From a virus (lineage: Duplodnaviria > Heunggongvirae > Uroviricota > Caudoviricetes), in the IMG/VR virus record IMGVR_UViG_2687453529_000006: DNA of 40,565 bases, one strand, 5' to 3'. The notes under the pieces were generated by a model, which saw only the letters and a program-made list of their open reading frames with translations, did no database searches and was not told the DNA's origin. The position numbers and the translations under genes were made by a program. This document shows, piece by piece, positions 1 to 7,555 of this stretch (positions are counted from its first letter, which is position 1; each line of letters starts with the position of its first letter).

Positions 1-4
1 AAGA

Positions 5-40
5 AATAGGGCTTCCACCTGGGAAGCCCTTTCTTTTTAT
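5..40. terminator. Intrinsic terminator-like hairpin downstream of pspG (possibly shared with an upstream convergent gene)
   Basis: GC-rich inverted repeat (agggcttcc / ggaagccct) followed by T-run on plus strand. Confidence 0.4.
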
Positions 41-165
41 AGTTCGGCTGTATGTAGGGTACAGCACGATGAATCTGTTAGAGGCGCAATAGTGACAGAT
101 TTGATTATCAATTCCTATTTTGTTCTAAGGATAAAACCTTAGGTTGTGATCATCCGCACAATCCC

Positions 166-408
166 TTAGTAACGCCAGCGGTCATAACGCTGATATTTCG
201 GCACTTTTGGTGCTTTAATCGCCTTAATAACCCACACCACCGCAACCGCCAGTAGTAACCACGGCAGCAACTTAATCATCAATGCCAGCATACCGCCGAG
301 GAACATAATGGCCGTCGCCACAACCAGCGCGGCGATAATGCCCAGCAACGAAACGCCGGTGACCATCAGCATGACAAAAAAGCCAATCACAAAAAGTAGT
401 TCCAGCAT
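166..408 (-). CDS. pspG: Phage shock protein G (80 aa inner-membrane protein)
   Basis: Translation from Met71 of the track ORF (MLELLFVIGFFVML...KVPKYQRYDRWRY) matches PspG as I remember it; GGGAGAG Shine-Dalgarno upstream; conserved position next to dusA. Confidence 0.85.
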   Translation of the reverse strand: MLELLFVIGFFVMLMVTGVSLLGIIAALVVATAIMFLGGMLALMIKLLPWLLLAVAVVWVIKAIKAPKVPKYQRYDRWRY

Positions 409-439
409 GATGCTCTCCCAAATATGAAATCTCTTGCAG

Positions 440-462
440 GCATTACAAGAATCATGCCAAAA
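440..462 (-). promoter_or_regulatory. Putative sigma-54 promoter of pspG
   Basis: Minus-strand sequence TGGCATGATTCTTGTA resembles the -24/-12 (GG-N10-GC-type) sigma-54 consensus; pspG is known to be sigma-54/PspF dependent. Confidence 0.35.
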
Positions 463-541
463 ATAATCTATTGATTTAACAGCAAAACGCCCCGCGACGG
501 TGCGCAGGGCGTGGTGAATTTGACTACTTTTTGGTGAAAAG

Positions 542-1579
542 TTAACGCTTATCCGCCACCAGTTTGAGCGCGTGTTCCAGCACATTAATGTCTGCACCCG
601 CTTTATGGGCATTTTCACTTAAATAACGCCGCCACTGCCGCGCGCCAGGAATACCCTGGAACAAGCCCAACATATGCCGGGTAATATGGCCAAGATACGT
701 CCCCTGGCTGAGTTCACGCTCAATGTACGGATACATGGCGCGCACTACCGCCACCGGATCGGCATCGGTATCCGAGGAACCAAAGATCTCTCGGTCTACC
801 GCCGCCAGAATACCCGGATTTTGATACGCTTCGCGCCCGACCATCACGCCATCCATATGTTGCAAATGCGCTTTAGCCTCTTCCAGCGACTTGATACCAC
901 CGTTAATCGACATTGTCAGATGCGGAAAGTCACGCTTCAGTTGATACACACGCGGATAATCGAGCGGCGGGATTTCACGGTTTTCTTTCGGGCTTAACCC
1001 CGAAAGCCAGGCTTTACGAGCATGGATGATGAACATCTCACACTCGCCTTTGCCGGAAACGGTGTTGATGAAATCGCAGAGAAATTCATAGCTGTCCTGG
1101 TCGTCGATGCCAATACGCGTTTTCACCGTCACCGGAATCGACACCACATCGCGCATCGCTTTCACGCAGTCGGCAACCAGCTGCGCATTACCCATCAGAC
1201 ACGCCCCAAACATGCCGTTCTGCACCCGGTCAGACGGGCAGCCGACATTCAGGTTGATCTCATCATATCCGCGCGCTTCTGCCAGCTTTGCACACTGCGC
1301 CAGCGCCGCCGGATCGCTACCGCCCAGTTGCAATGCTACCGGATGTTCTTCTTCACTGTACGCCAGATAATCACCTTTACCGTGAATAATCGCCCCTGTG
1401 GTCACCATTTCGGTATACAGCAACGTATTGCGGGAAAGCAGACGCAAGAAATAGCGGCAATGTCTGTCCGTCCAGTCGAGCATAGGAGCAATGCTAAACC
1501 GAGAATTCCAGTAAACACCATTTTTTTCAGGCATCACGCTGGTTTGATTAATTTTTTGTGTTTCATGATTATCGTGCAT
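542..1579 (-). CDS. dusA: tRNA-dihydrouridine synthase A
   Basis: 345-aa translation with the Dus TIM-barrel signature and near-identity to E. coli DusA over most of its length as remembered; the N-terminal ~30 aa appear divergent. Confidence 0.93.
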   Translation of the reverse strand: MHDNHETQKINQTSVMPEKNGVYWNSRFSIAPMLDWTDRHCRYFLRLLSRNTLLYTEMVTTGAIIHGKGDYLAYSEEEHPVALQLGGSDPAALAQCAKLAEARGYDEINLNVGCPSDRVQNGMFGACLMGNAQLVADCVKAMRDVVSIPVTVKTRIGIDDQDSYEFLCDFINTVSGKGECEMFIIHARKAWLSGLSPKENREIPPLDYPRVYQLKRDFPHLTMSINGGIKSLEEAKAHLQHMDGVMVGREAYQNPGILAAVDREIFGSSDTDADPVAVVRAMYPYIERELSQGTYLGHITRHMLGLFQGIPGARQWRRYLSENAHKAGADINVLEHALKLVADKR

Positions 1580-1582
1580 TTT

Positions 1583-1660
1583 TGAACATTTCAGGCTATT
1601 TTTCTCGCGTTAGGTTCCCGCACAGGTTCCCACGTTTTATGGGAACCCGAAATAACGAGG
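1583..1660. other. dusA/integrase junction with GGTTCCC direct and GGGAACC inverted repeats; candidate attL flank or integrase-binding/regulatory site
   Basis: aggttcccgcacaggttcccacgttttatgggaacc lies between the dusA start and the int start. Confidence 0.35.
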
Positions 1661-1667
1661 TCGTGTA

Positions 1668-2765
1668 ATGGCGTACTATAACATAGAGAAACGACTAAAA
1701 TCCGATGGCACACCACGCTATCGCTGTAATGTGATTATCAAAGAAAAAGGGGTTATCACTTACAGGGAAAGCAAAACATTCCCTAAACATGCTCATGCCA
1801 AAACATGGGGCACACAGAAAGTGATGGAATTAGATCTACATGGCATTCCATCATCAAATGCTGTTGACGGGCTTACAGTCCGTGACTTACTACGCAAATA
1901 TTTAAATGACCCAAATGCCGGAGGTAAAGCAGGCCGTACTAAAAGATATGTGCTGGAACTACTTATGGATAGTGACATTTCTGCGATCAGACTATCTGAA
2001 TTAACAGAAAATGACGTAATAGAACATTGCAGGTTGAGAAACAACGCCGGTGCAGGTCCAGCTACTGTTAGCCACGATGTTAGTTATCTTGGCAGTGTTC
2101 TGGATGCAGCCAAACCTGTATACGGAATTAATTACACATCAAACCCAGCAAAAGCCGCTCGTCCATATCTACTTAAACTTGGTTTAATTGGTAAATCAAA
2201 TCGTCGTAATCGTAGACCAGCATCTGATGAACTAGACATGCTCATTGAAGGCCTTCAACAACGATCTACTCATAAATGCTCAAAAATTCCGTTCGTTGAT
2301 ATCCTCAAATTTTCTGTGTGGTCCTGTATGCGAATCGGAGAAGTATGCCGGTTACGATGGGAAGATCTCGACCAGGAACAAAAATCTATACTAGTAAGAG
2401 ACAGGAAAGATCCACGTAAAAAGGAAGGTAACCATATGAAAGTGGCCTTGCTTGGGGAAGCCTGGGATATCGTCCAACGACAACCCAAAAAATCTGAATT
2501 CATTTTTCCATACAACAGCACTTCTGTTACCGCAGGATTTCAGAGGGTAAGAAGCAAATTAGGTATTAAAGATCTGCGATACCATGATTTGCGTAGAGAA
2601 GGGGCAAGTCGCTTATTTGAGGCTGGTTTTAGTATTGAGGAAGTCGCCCAGGTTACAGGGCATCGTTCATTAAACGTGCTATGGCAGGTATATACCGAAC
2701 TGTATCCAAAATCTTTACATAATCGTTTTGAAGAACTCCAAAGGAGCAGAAATAAGACCTCTTGA
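1668..2765 (+). CDS. int: Tyrosine-type site-specific integrase (dusA-associated integrase family)
   Basis: 365 aa; C-terminal catalytic region with R..HDLRR..Y-type motifs (RIGEV..., HDLRREGAS..., YTELY); GAGG RBS; positioned directly at the dusA 5' end. Confidence 0.9.
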   Translation: MAYYNIEKRLKSDGTPRYRCNVIIKEKGVITYRESKTFPKHAHAKTWGTQKVMELDLHGIPSSNAVDGLTVRDLLRKYLNDPNAGGKAGRTKRYVLELLMDSDISAIRLSELTENDVIEHCRLRNNAGAGPATVSHDVSYLGSVLDAAKPVYGINYTSNPAKAARPYLLKLGLIGKSNRRNRRPASDELDMLIEGLQQRSTHKCSKIPFVDILKFSVWSCMRIGEVCRLRWEDLDQEQKSILVRDRKDPRKKEGNHMKVALLGEAWDIVQRQPKKSEFIFPYNSTSVTAGFQRVRSKLGIKDLRYHDLRREGASRLFEAGFSIEEVAQVTGHRSLNVLWQVYTELYPKSLHNRFEELQRSRNKTS

Positions 2766-2813
2766 CACTGTTTATTCATACAGTTAAAAATAATACTGTA
2801 TACAAACACAGTA
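2762..2813 (+). promoter_or_regulatory. Promoter (TTGACA -35) with two LexA (SOS) boxes upstream of the dinI-like gene
   Basis: Two CTGT-N8-ACAG motifs: CTGTttattcatACAG (~2768-2783) and CTGTatacaaacACAG (~2796-2811); TTGACA at ~2762-2767. Confidence 0.6.
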
Positions 2814-2826
2814 TAGAGGGATTTTT

Positions 2827-3075
2827 ATGCGTATTGAGATCTGCATAGCCAAAGAGAAAATGACTAAAATGCCAAACGGTGCTGTGGATGCGTTAAAGGA
2901 AGAATTAACTCGACGCATCAGTAAGCGTTATGACGATGTAGAGGTGATCGTAAAAGCCACCAGCAACGATGGCCTTTCTGTTACGCGCACCGCCGATAAA
3001 GATTCAGCTAAAACTTTTGTTCAGGAAACTCTGAAAGATACCTGGGAGTCTGCTGACGAGTGGTTTGTTCATTAA
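2827..3075 (+). CDS. dinI: DinI-like DNA damage-inducible protein
   Basis: 82 aa; MRIEICIAK...[15 protein letters not shown] resembles DinI family end to end; GAGGG RBS; LexA boxes upstream. Confidence 0.85.
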   Translation: MRIEICIAKEKMTKMPNGAVDALKEELTRRISKRYDDVEVIVKATSNDGLSVTRTADKDSAKTFVQETLKDTWESADEWFVH

Positions 3076-3137
3076 TTAATACGTAAAATCGATAACGGCT
3101 GGAAATCATTCAATACTCGCACTATCGGAAGTTCACC

Positions 3138-3180
3138 AGCCAGCCGCAGTATTCTGCCATGACAAGTTGCTGCGGCTTTT
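3138..3180 (+). terminator. Putative terminator after dinI-like gene
   Basis: Inverted repeat cagccgcag ... ctgcggct followed by TTTTTAT. Confidence 0.35.
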
Positions 3181-3185
3181 TATGT

Positions 3186-3473
3186 TTAACGGATAAACAG
3201 CCAGACCAGCAGACACGCCATCACCGGCACAGCAAAATCCATCAGGCTTGCTACATCCCACACGCGCGGATCAAAACCGCCCCACCACGGCATATTCATA
3301 CGCTTGCCATGTCCGAACATTTCAATCCAGCGATATTCTGCCTGGGTGTGTTCACGCGCAATGAAGAACGTACAACCGGCTATCGCCCCGTAAGCCCAGT
3401 TTCCGGTAAAAAGGCCAATCAGTACCTGTGCAGCCACAGCACAAAGTGCATGAAGGAAAGGTGTTATATCCAT
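3186..3473 (-). CDS. Hypothetical small inner-membrane protein
   Basis: 95-aa ORF with two hydrophobic segments; convergent with dinI; no family recognised. Confidence 0.5.
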   Translation of the reverse strand: MDITPFLHALCAVAAQVLIGLFTGNWAYGAIAGCTFFIAREHTQAEYRWIEMFGHGKRMNMPWWGGFDPRVWDVASLMDFAVPVMACLLVWLFIR

Positions 3474-3483
3474 TACTCCTCCT

Positions 3484-4188
3484 TTATCCGATATCGCTTC
3501 GGGAAGTTGATAACAACTTTAATTCTGACTCAAGTTCATCAACTCTTTCAGTCAGTTTCTGGATATGGTGAATCAGTGGAACAACCAGACGTTCGTACAT
3601 TACACCTTCGGCAACAAGGCCATTGCTGGAAATAGCTTCAGGAGCATCATTCTCGTTAGCTGGTCGCCAGTGAACAAACTGAGGGGCAATTTCTCCTACT
3701 TCCTCGGCAATCAATCCATAGAATCCCCAATCGCGCCTGTCATTTTCGCATTGCGACCTGTACCACACAGGGCGCATCTTGAAAATGAGATCGGCGTGCT
3801 CCGAATCTATCGTCTCTACTGAATGTTTATAGCGGATAGACGATGTGGACCGCAGTACAGACGAAATTGCGGGGTCAGGATTAAGATAAAGGTTTGCCGC
3901 CGCTGTAGTCGTGCCCAATCCCCACAAATAAAACGCTTCACGACCAGTCAGCGGGTAAAAATCTCCACCATAACGACCACTTTCCAGATCGTTCACTTCC
4001 ACTTTGTTTTTCAGCTTATTATCAACTTCAGTTTTTGTGTATCTGGTGCTGATATCCTGCTTTGCACTGGTCATATCAGTCTGAAGCGTTGATACTTTTC
4101 CGTTAATTGAGGAAATATCTTCCTTGGCTTTACTGACATCTCCCTTTAACGTGGTGATGTCTCCTGGAATTACTGTCGATGTAGCCAT
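3484..4188 (-). CDS. Tail fibre-like protein with C-terminal intramolecular chaperone (peptidase S74-like) domain
   Basis: 234 aa; coiled-coil-like N-terminus; C-terminal DWGFYGLIAEEVGEIAPQFV...ELESELKLL resembles the endosialidase-chaperone auto-processing domain. Confidence 0.65.
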   Translation of the reverse strand: MATSTVIPGDITTLKGDVSKAKEDISSINGKVSTLQTDMTSAKQDISTRYTKTEVDNKLKNKVEVNDLESGRYGGDFYPLTGREAFYLWGLGTTTAAANLYLNPDPAISSVLRSTSSIRYKHSVETIDSEHADLIFKMRPVWYRSQCENDRRDWGFYGLIAEEVGEIAPQFVHWRPANENDAPEAISSNGLVAEGVMYERLVVPLIHHIQKLTERVDELESELKLLSTSRSDIG

Positions 4189-4197
4189 TTGTCTCCC

Positions 4198-4479
4198 TCA
4201 CATCCAGCCACGAAGTTGATGCTCAACAACAATCGCGTATTTATCGAATATTGACGATTTTTTTGCATCATTAATGATGCGCACGTTTACAAAATATCCG
4301 TCTTCCTTAACACATACCGGTTCGCCATCTTCAGTCAGTTCTCCGCTTTCTTTGTACACGTTACCTATCACGTCAATAAGAATATCATCCTGCATCGACT
4401 CGTCATCATAATAGCCAATACTCTCCATAAAGGCCGAAAAGTCGGCCCTGTCTGCAAATTTGAGTGTTAAATCTTTCAT
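4198..4479 (-). CDS. Hypothetical protein between the two fibre genes
   Basis: 93-aa acidic ORF; 4-nt overlap with stf stop region; no family recognised (does not resemble lambda Tfa). Confidence 0.45.
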   Translation of the reverse strand: MKDLTLKFADRADFSAFMESIGYYDDESMQDDILIDVIGNVYKESGELTEDGEPVCVKEDGYFVNVRIINDAKKSSIFDKYAIVVEHQLRGWM

Positions 4480-6824
4480 TTAATACTCTCCCCCATTTGC
4501 GCATCAGTTAATTCTTTATGCCAGATACGCAGATTACGGATATGACCAAAAAGATGATACTCCCCATTAGTGCCCTGCCCTCCAATTCGCAATACTGCCC
4601 GTGGAACAATTGAAGTCCATGTTGTTTTTGCCGCAACAGATAATTCACCATTACATACGGCCTGAACATCTCCATCAGCGCCACAACGTAAGCCTGAAAT
4701 GATTTTCCTCTGGGTTGTTGCCACATATTTATTACACCCTCCCATAGAAATAAAAGGAGAACCGGCATCAGAGAAATTATTACCACGGAATCCATGCGTG
4801 AACAGACCATTTTCCTGATAATCTTTAACATTAAAGATTAATGGTGATTTGCTGGGAGGGATATCCCAGTTTTTATTAACTTCAACAAGAGCACTGAATG
4901 GTAATCGGTGAATATTGTTTCTTACAGGTATTGTCACCATGTCGCTGGAGCGAGTGCCAGGAGCCCCTTCAGTAATGATAAATGACGTCCTGTACGACCC
5001 AATCTCCGCCTGAGGCATCGCAATATCTAACGTAGAGCCATTGGGGATAATACTGATTCCAGGCATCGCCAGGATTTCAAATCTTGAGCTGATTATCATT
5101 TCCTCATCTGCAAAAAGAGTGGCGGTAAACAACCACCATTCACCGACTCTTTCTGCCGTCACCGTCACATTATTTCCATGAACAACATTTCCCGTAACAG
5201 GATCCAGAGCTGCATCTGAATGAAAAACAAACGCACCATTATCAGACATTTTTCCGAACCTTGCACGACACCGGGAATTATCACTTTTCGTCAGACACGA
5301 TATCGTCGTATAAGAACCTGCCGGGCAGGTGTAAGCATCATTCGTGTTTACAGCAATTGCCTGATATCCTTGTGCTGTCGGATTTTCATTAATAACAGTT
5401 ATCCTTCCATAGTTAAACCCATTATCACTGTCGAACGACTCAACAGACACACTACCCGTGTTATTCCATGCTTCTGGTGTATTTGAATTTCTGAAATAGT
5501 TTGTTCTCTGTCCTTCAATCAGCAAACCTTCTCGTTCAAATCGCGGTTCGTCAACTTCAGCAACGGTTAATACACCTGATTTATTAATGTATGTTGCACC
5601 TGATGCGCGTTTGAAGCTAACAACCTTATCGGATGGCATTTTAATAACATCATCACCTACAGTTATTTGCTTATAACCAGGCGAAAAGCCAGCAAGCATA
5701 TCCAGTGAATCGTTAAACGGTATCCACACATCAGGCAGTGGCTGTAAGACATATTTATACGGCTCTGCTGCCTGGCTTGCATACTCTCTCGCTGCGTCTT
5801 CACTTGCTTTTGCAGCCATCTGGCTTGCAGCGGATGCTTTTGCCGAGTTAGTCGCCGCAGTCTCGCTCGCCTTTGCGTTGGTTTCACTGGTTTTTGCAGC
5901 TTTTTGACTGTTGGCTGATGCAGTGGCAGAAGAAGCCGCCGCACTTGCAGAACCAGCTGCAGCACTCTCGCTTTGGGCCGCCGCATCCTGACTGTTTTTC
6001 GCCGCAGTTTCGCTGGCTTTGGCATTCGTTTCGCTGGTCTTCGCTGCCGTCTGGCTGGACTTTGCGTTAGTTTCACTCGTCTTCGCTGCTTTCTGACTGT
6101 TAGCCGCAGCAGTTGCTGATCCAGCTGCTGAAGTCGCAGAATCGGCTGCCGCGCTCTCGCTTTCGGCTGCTGCAACCTGGCTGTTTTTTGCCGCAGTTTC
6201 ACTGGCTTTAGCATTCGTTTCGCTGGTTATCGCTGCCGTCTGGCTGGACTTTGCGTTGGTTTCGCTCGTCTTTGCGGCTGTCTCGCTATTTTTCGCGTTG
6301 GTTTCTGATTTTTTGGCTGCTGTCGCGGAGTTTGCCGATGCAGTCTTTGAGGTCGCTGCCGCCTGTGCACTATTAGCTGCATTCGTTTCTGACGTTTTCG
6401 CCGCGTTCTTCGATGATGCCGCTGCAGTTTCGGATTTCTTTGCCGCCGCTGCGCTCTGAGAGGCGGCTTCGGCGTTGCGTGCCGCTTCTTCCACCATTGC
6501 CTCAAAACGGCGCAATGCCTCCGGCATGACATCATCTTCCGTCATGGCACCGAGAAAATCATTCAGCGTACCTGGTCTGGAGCCTTCATAGACGGTAATG
6601 GTCCCGGCATGTGAAGGCGGAAAACCTTCAACCAGCAGGGTGACGCTGTACTGGCCATACTCAACATCCATGCTGTAACGCCCGGCTTCATCAGGATTTT
6701 CAGAGGCCACCGTGTTCACCAGTACCGTGGTGCTGTTACGCTTTGCCTTCAGTTGAATAGTGCAGTTCTGTATTGGTTTTCCCGCACCATCTTTCAGCAC
6801 ACCTGAGATTTTTACTGCTGCCAT
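4476..6824 (-). CDS. stf: Side tail fibre protein (lambda Stf-like N-terminus, repeat-rich shaft, divergent C-terminal domain)
   Basis: N-terminus from Met3 (MAAVKISGVLKDGAGKPIQNCTIQLKAKRNSTTV...) matches lambda Stf; track ORF begins at an upstream GTG; GGAG RBS before the ATG at 6824. Confidence 0.85.
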   Translation of the reverse strand: MAAVKISGVLKDGAGKPIQNCTIQLKAKRNSTTVLVNTVASENPDEAGRYSMDVEYGQYSVTLLVEGFPPSHAGTITVYEGSRPGTLNDFLGAMTEDDVMPEALRRFEAMVEEAARNAEAASQSAAAAKKSETAAASSKNAAKTSETNAANSAQAAATSKTASANSATAAKKSETNAKNSETAAKTSETNAKSSQTAAITSETNAKASETAAKNSQVAAAESESAAADSATSAAGSATAAANSQKAAKTSETNAKSSQTAAKTSETNAKASETAAKNSQDAAAQSESAAAGSASAAASSATASANSQKAAKTSETNAKASETAATNSAKASAASQMAAKASEDAAREYASQAAEPYKYVLQPLPDVWIPFNDSLDMLAGFSPGYKQITVGDDVIKMPSDKVVSFKRASGATYINKSGVLTVAEVDEPRFEREGLLIEGQRTNYFRNSNTPEAWNNTGSVSVESFDSDNGFNYGRITVINENPTAQGYQAIAVNTNDAYTCPAGSYTTISCLTKSDNSRCRARFGKMSDNGAFVFHSDAALDPVTGNVVHGNNVTVTAERVGEWWLFTATLFADEEMIISSRFEILAMPGISIIPNGSTLDIAMPQAEIGSYRTSFIITEGAPGTRSSDMVTIPVRNNIHRLPFSALVEVNKNWDIPPSKSPLIFNVKDYQENGLFTHGFRGNNFSDAGSPFISMGGCNKYVATTQRKIISGLRCGADGDVQAVCNGELSVAAKTTWTSIVPRAVLRIGGQGTNGEYHLFGHIRNLRIWHKELTDAQMGESIK
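5830..6440. repeat. Imperfect tandem DNA repeats inside stf encoding (S/T)ETNAK(A/S)S-type repeats
   Basis: Repeated units visible at about 21-nt and about 190-nt periodicity (e.g. gccgcagtttcgctggctttggcattcgtttcgctgg... recurs). Confidence 0.7.
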
Positions 6825-6834
6825 ATCCACTCCA

Positions 6835-6861
6835 CAAAAAAGCCCGCCTGAACCGGCGGGC
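6835..6861 (-). terminator. Intrinsic terminator between lom and stf
   Basis: Minus-strand hairpin gcccgcc-ggttca-ggcgggc followed by TTTTTTG. Confidence 0.6.
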
Positions 6862-6888
6862 TGTCATAACACTGTGTTACCTGGCTAA

Positions 6889-7488
6889 TCAGAATTTATA
6901 ACCGACACCCACGATGAAACCGTCAGTGCGCCAGTCGCCACTGCCGGAGCCTTCATAAGCAATATCAATGGCCACGGATTCGGTCGGGTTAAACTGCACG
7001 CCAGCTCCCCACGCCAGAGATGTGTTGCTGTGGCGATCGTCATCACTTCCGGTCAGCACATCGTGCGTTTTCCCCTTGTTGTCAGTTACGCGGAGATAAT
7101 CCCCGGAGAAGGTCGACACACGGCTGTAAGCCACACCTGCCATCGCATAAGCACTGAACCATTCATTCACGCGTACAGATGGCCCCGCCATCATGCTGAA
7201 CCAGCGGTTACGCACTGAATCTTCATGCCAGCGGGTATCGCTGTAATGCGTTTTTTGCTCATCTTTGGCATTGGCATAACTGAATGACGTCACCAGCCCC
7301 AGCGTGTCCGTAAATTCATAACGGTATTTCACGTTAATGCCCTTCAGGTCATCACTGCCTGGCATATCAGTATGGGTCTGAAGATACCCGGCGCTTAGTG
7401 TGGACTGATGCTCTGCTGCGCTCGCTGGCGTACCAGCGGCAACCAGCCAGACTACTGCGGACAGAATAACAGCACATAATTTACGCAT
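6889..7488 (-). CDS. lom: Lom/Ail-family outer-membrane protein
   Basis: 199 aa with signal peptide and beta-barrel pattern ending ...GVGYKF; lambda-like position after J. Confidence 0.85.
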   Translation of the reverse strand: MRKLCAVILSAVVWLVAAGTPASAAEHQSTLSAGYLQTHTDMPGSDDLKGINVKYRYEFTDTLGLVTSFSYANAKDEQKTHYSDTRWHEDSVRNRWFSMMAGPSVRVNEWFSAYAMAGVAYSRVSTFSGDYLRVTDNKGKTHDVLTGSDDDRHSNTSLAWGAGVQFNPTESVAIDIAYEGSGSGDWRTDGFIVGVGYKF

Positions 7489-7511
7489 AATTACCTCTCG
7501 CTTTTCTGCAA

Positions 7512-7537
7512 TAAAAAAGGCGTCATTTCTGACGCCC
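7512..7537 (-). terminator. Intrinsic terminator between J and lom
   Basis: Minus-strand hairpin ggcgtca-gaaa-tgacgcc followed by TTTTTTATT. Confidence 0.6.
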
Positions 7538-7555
7538 GTATTGGGGTTATAAAAT

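Noticed and set aside
674-1585. Plus-strand ORFs of 107, 187 and 87 aa
   Set aside because: Antisense to dusA, which is well supported by homology.
5663-6535. Minus- and plus-strand ORFs (183 aa, 102 aa, 67 aa, 65 aa) rich in R/Q/K/A
   Set aside because: They are alternative frames of the stf repeat region; the stf frame carries the lambda-like N-terminus and continues through the repeats.
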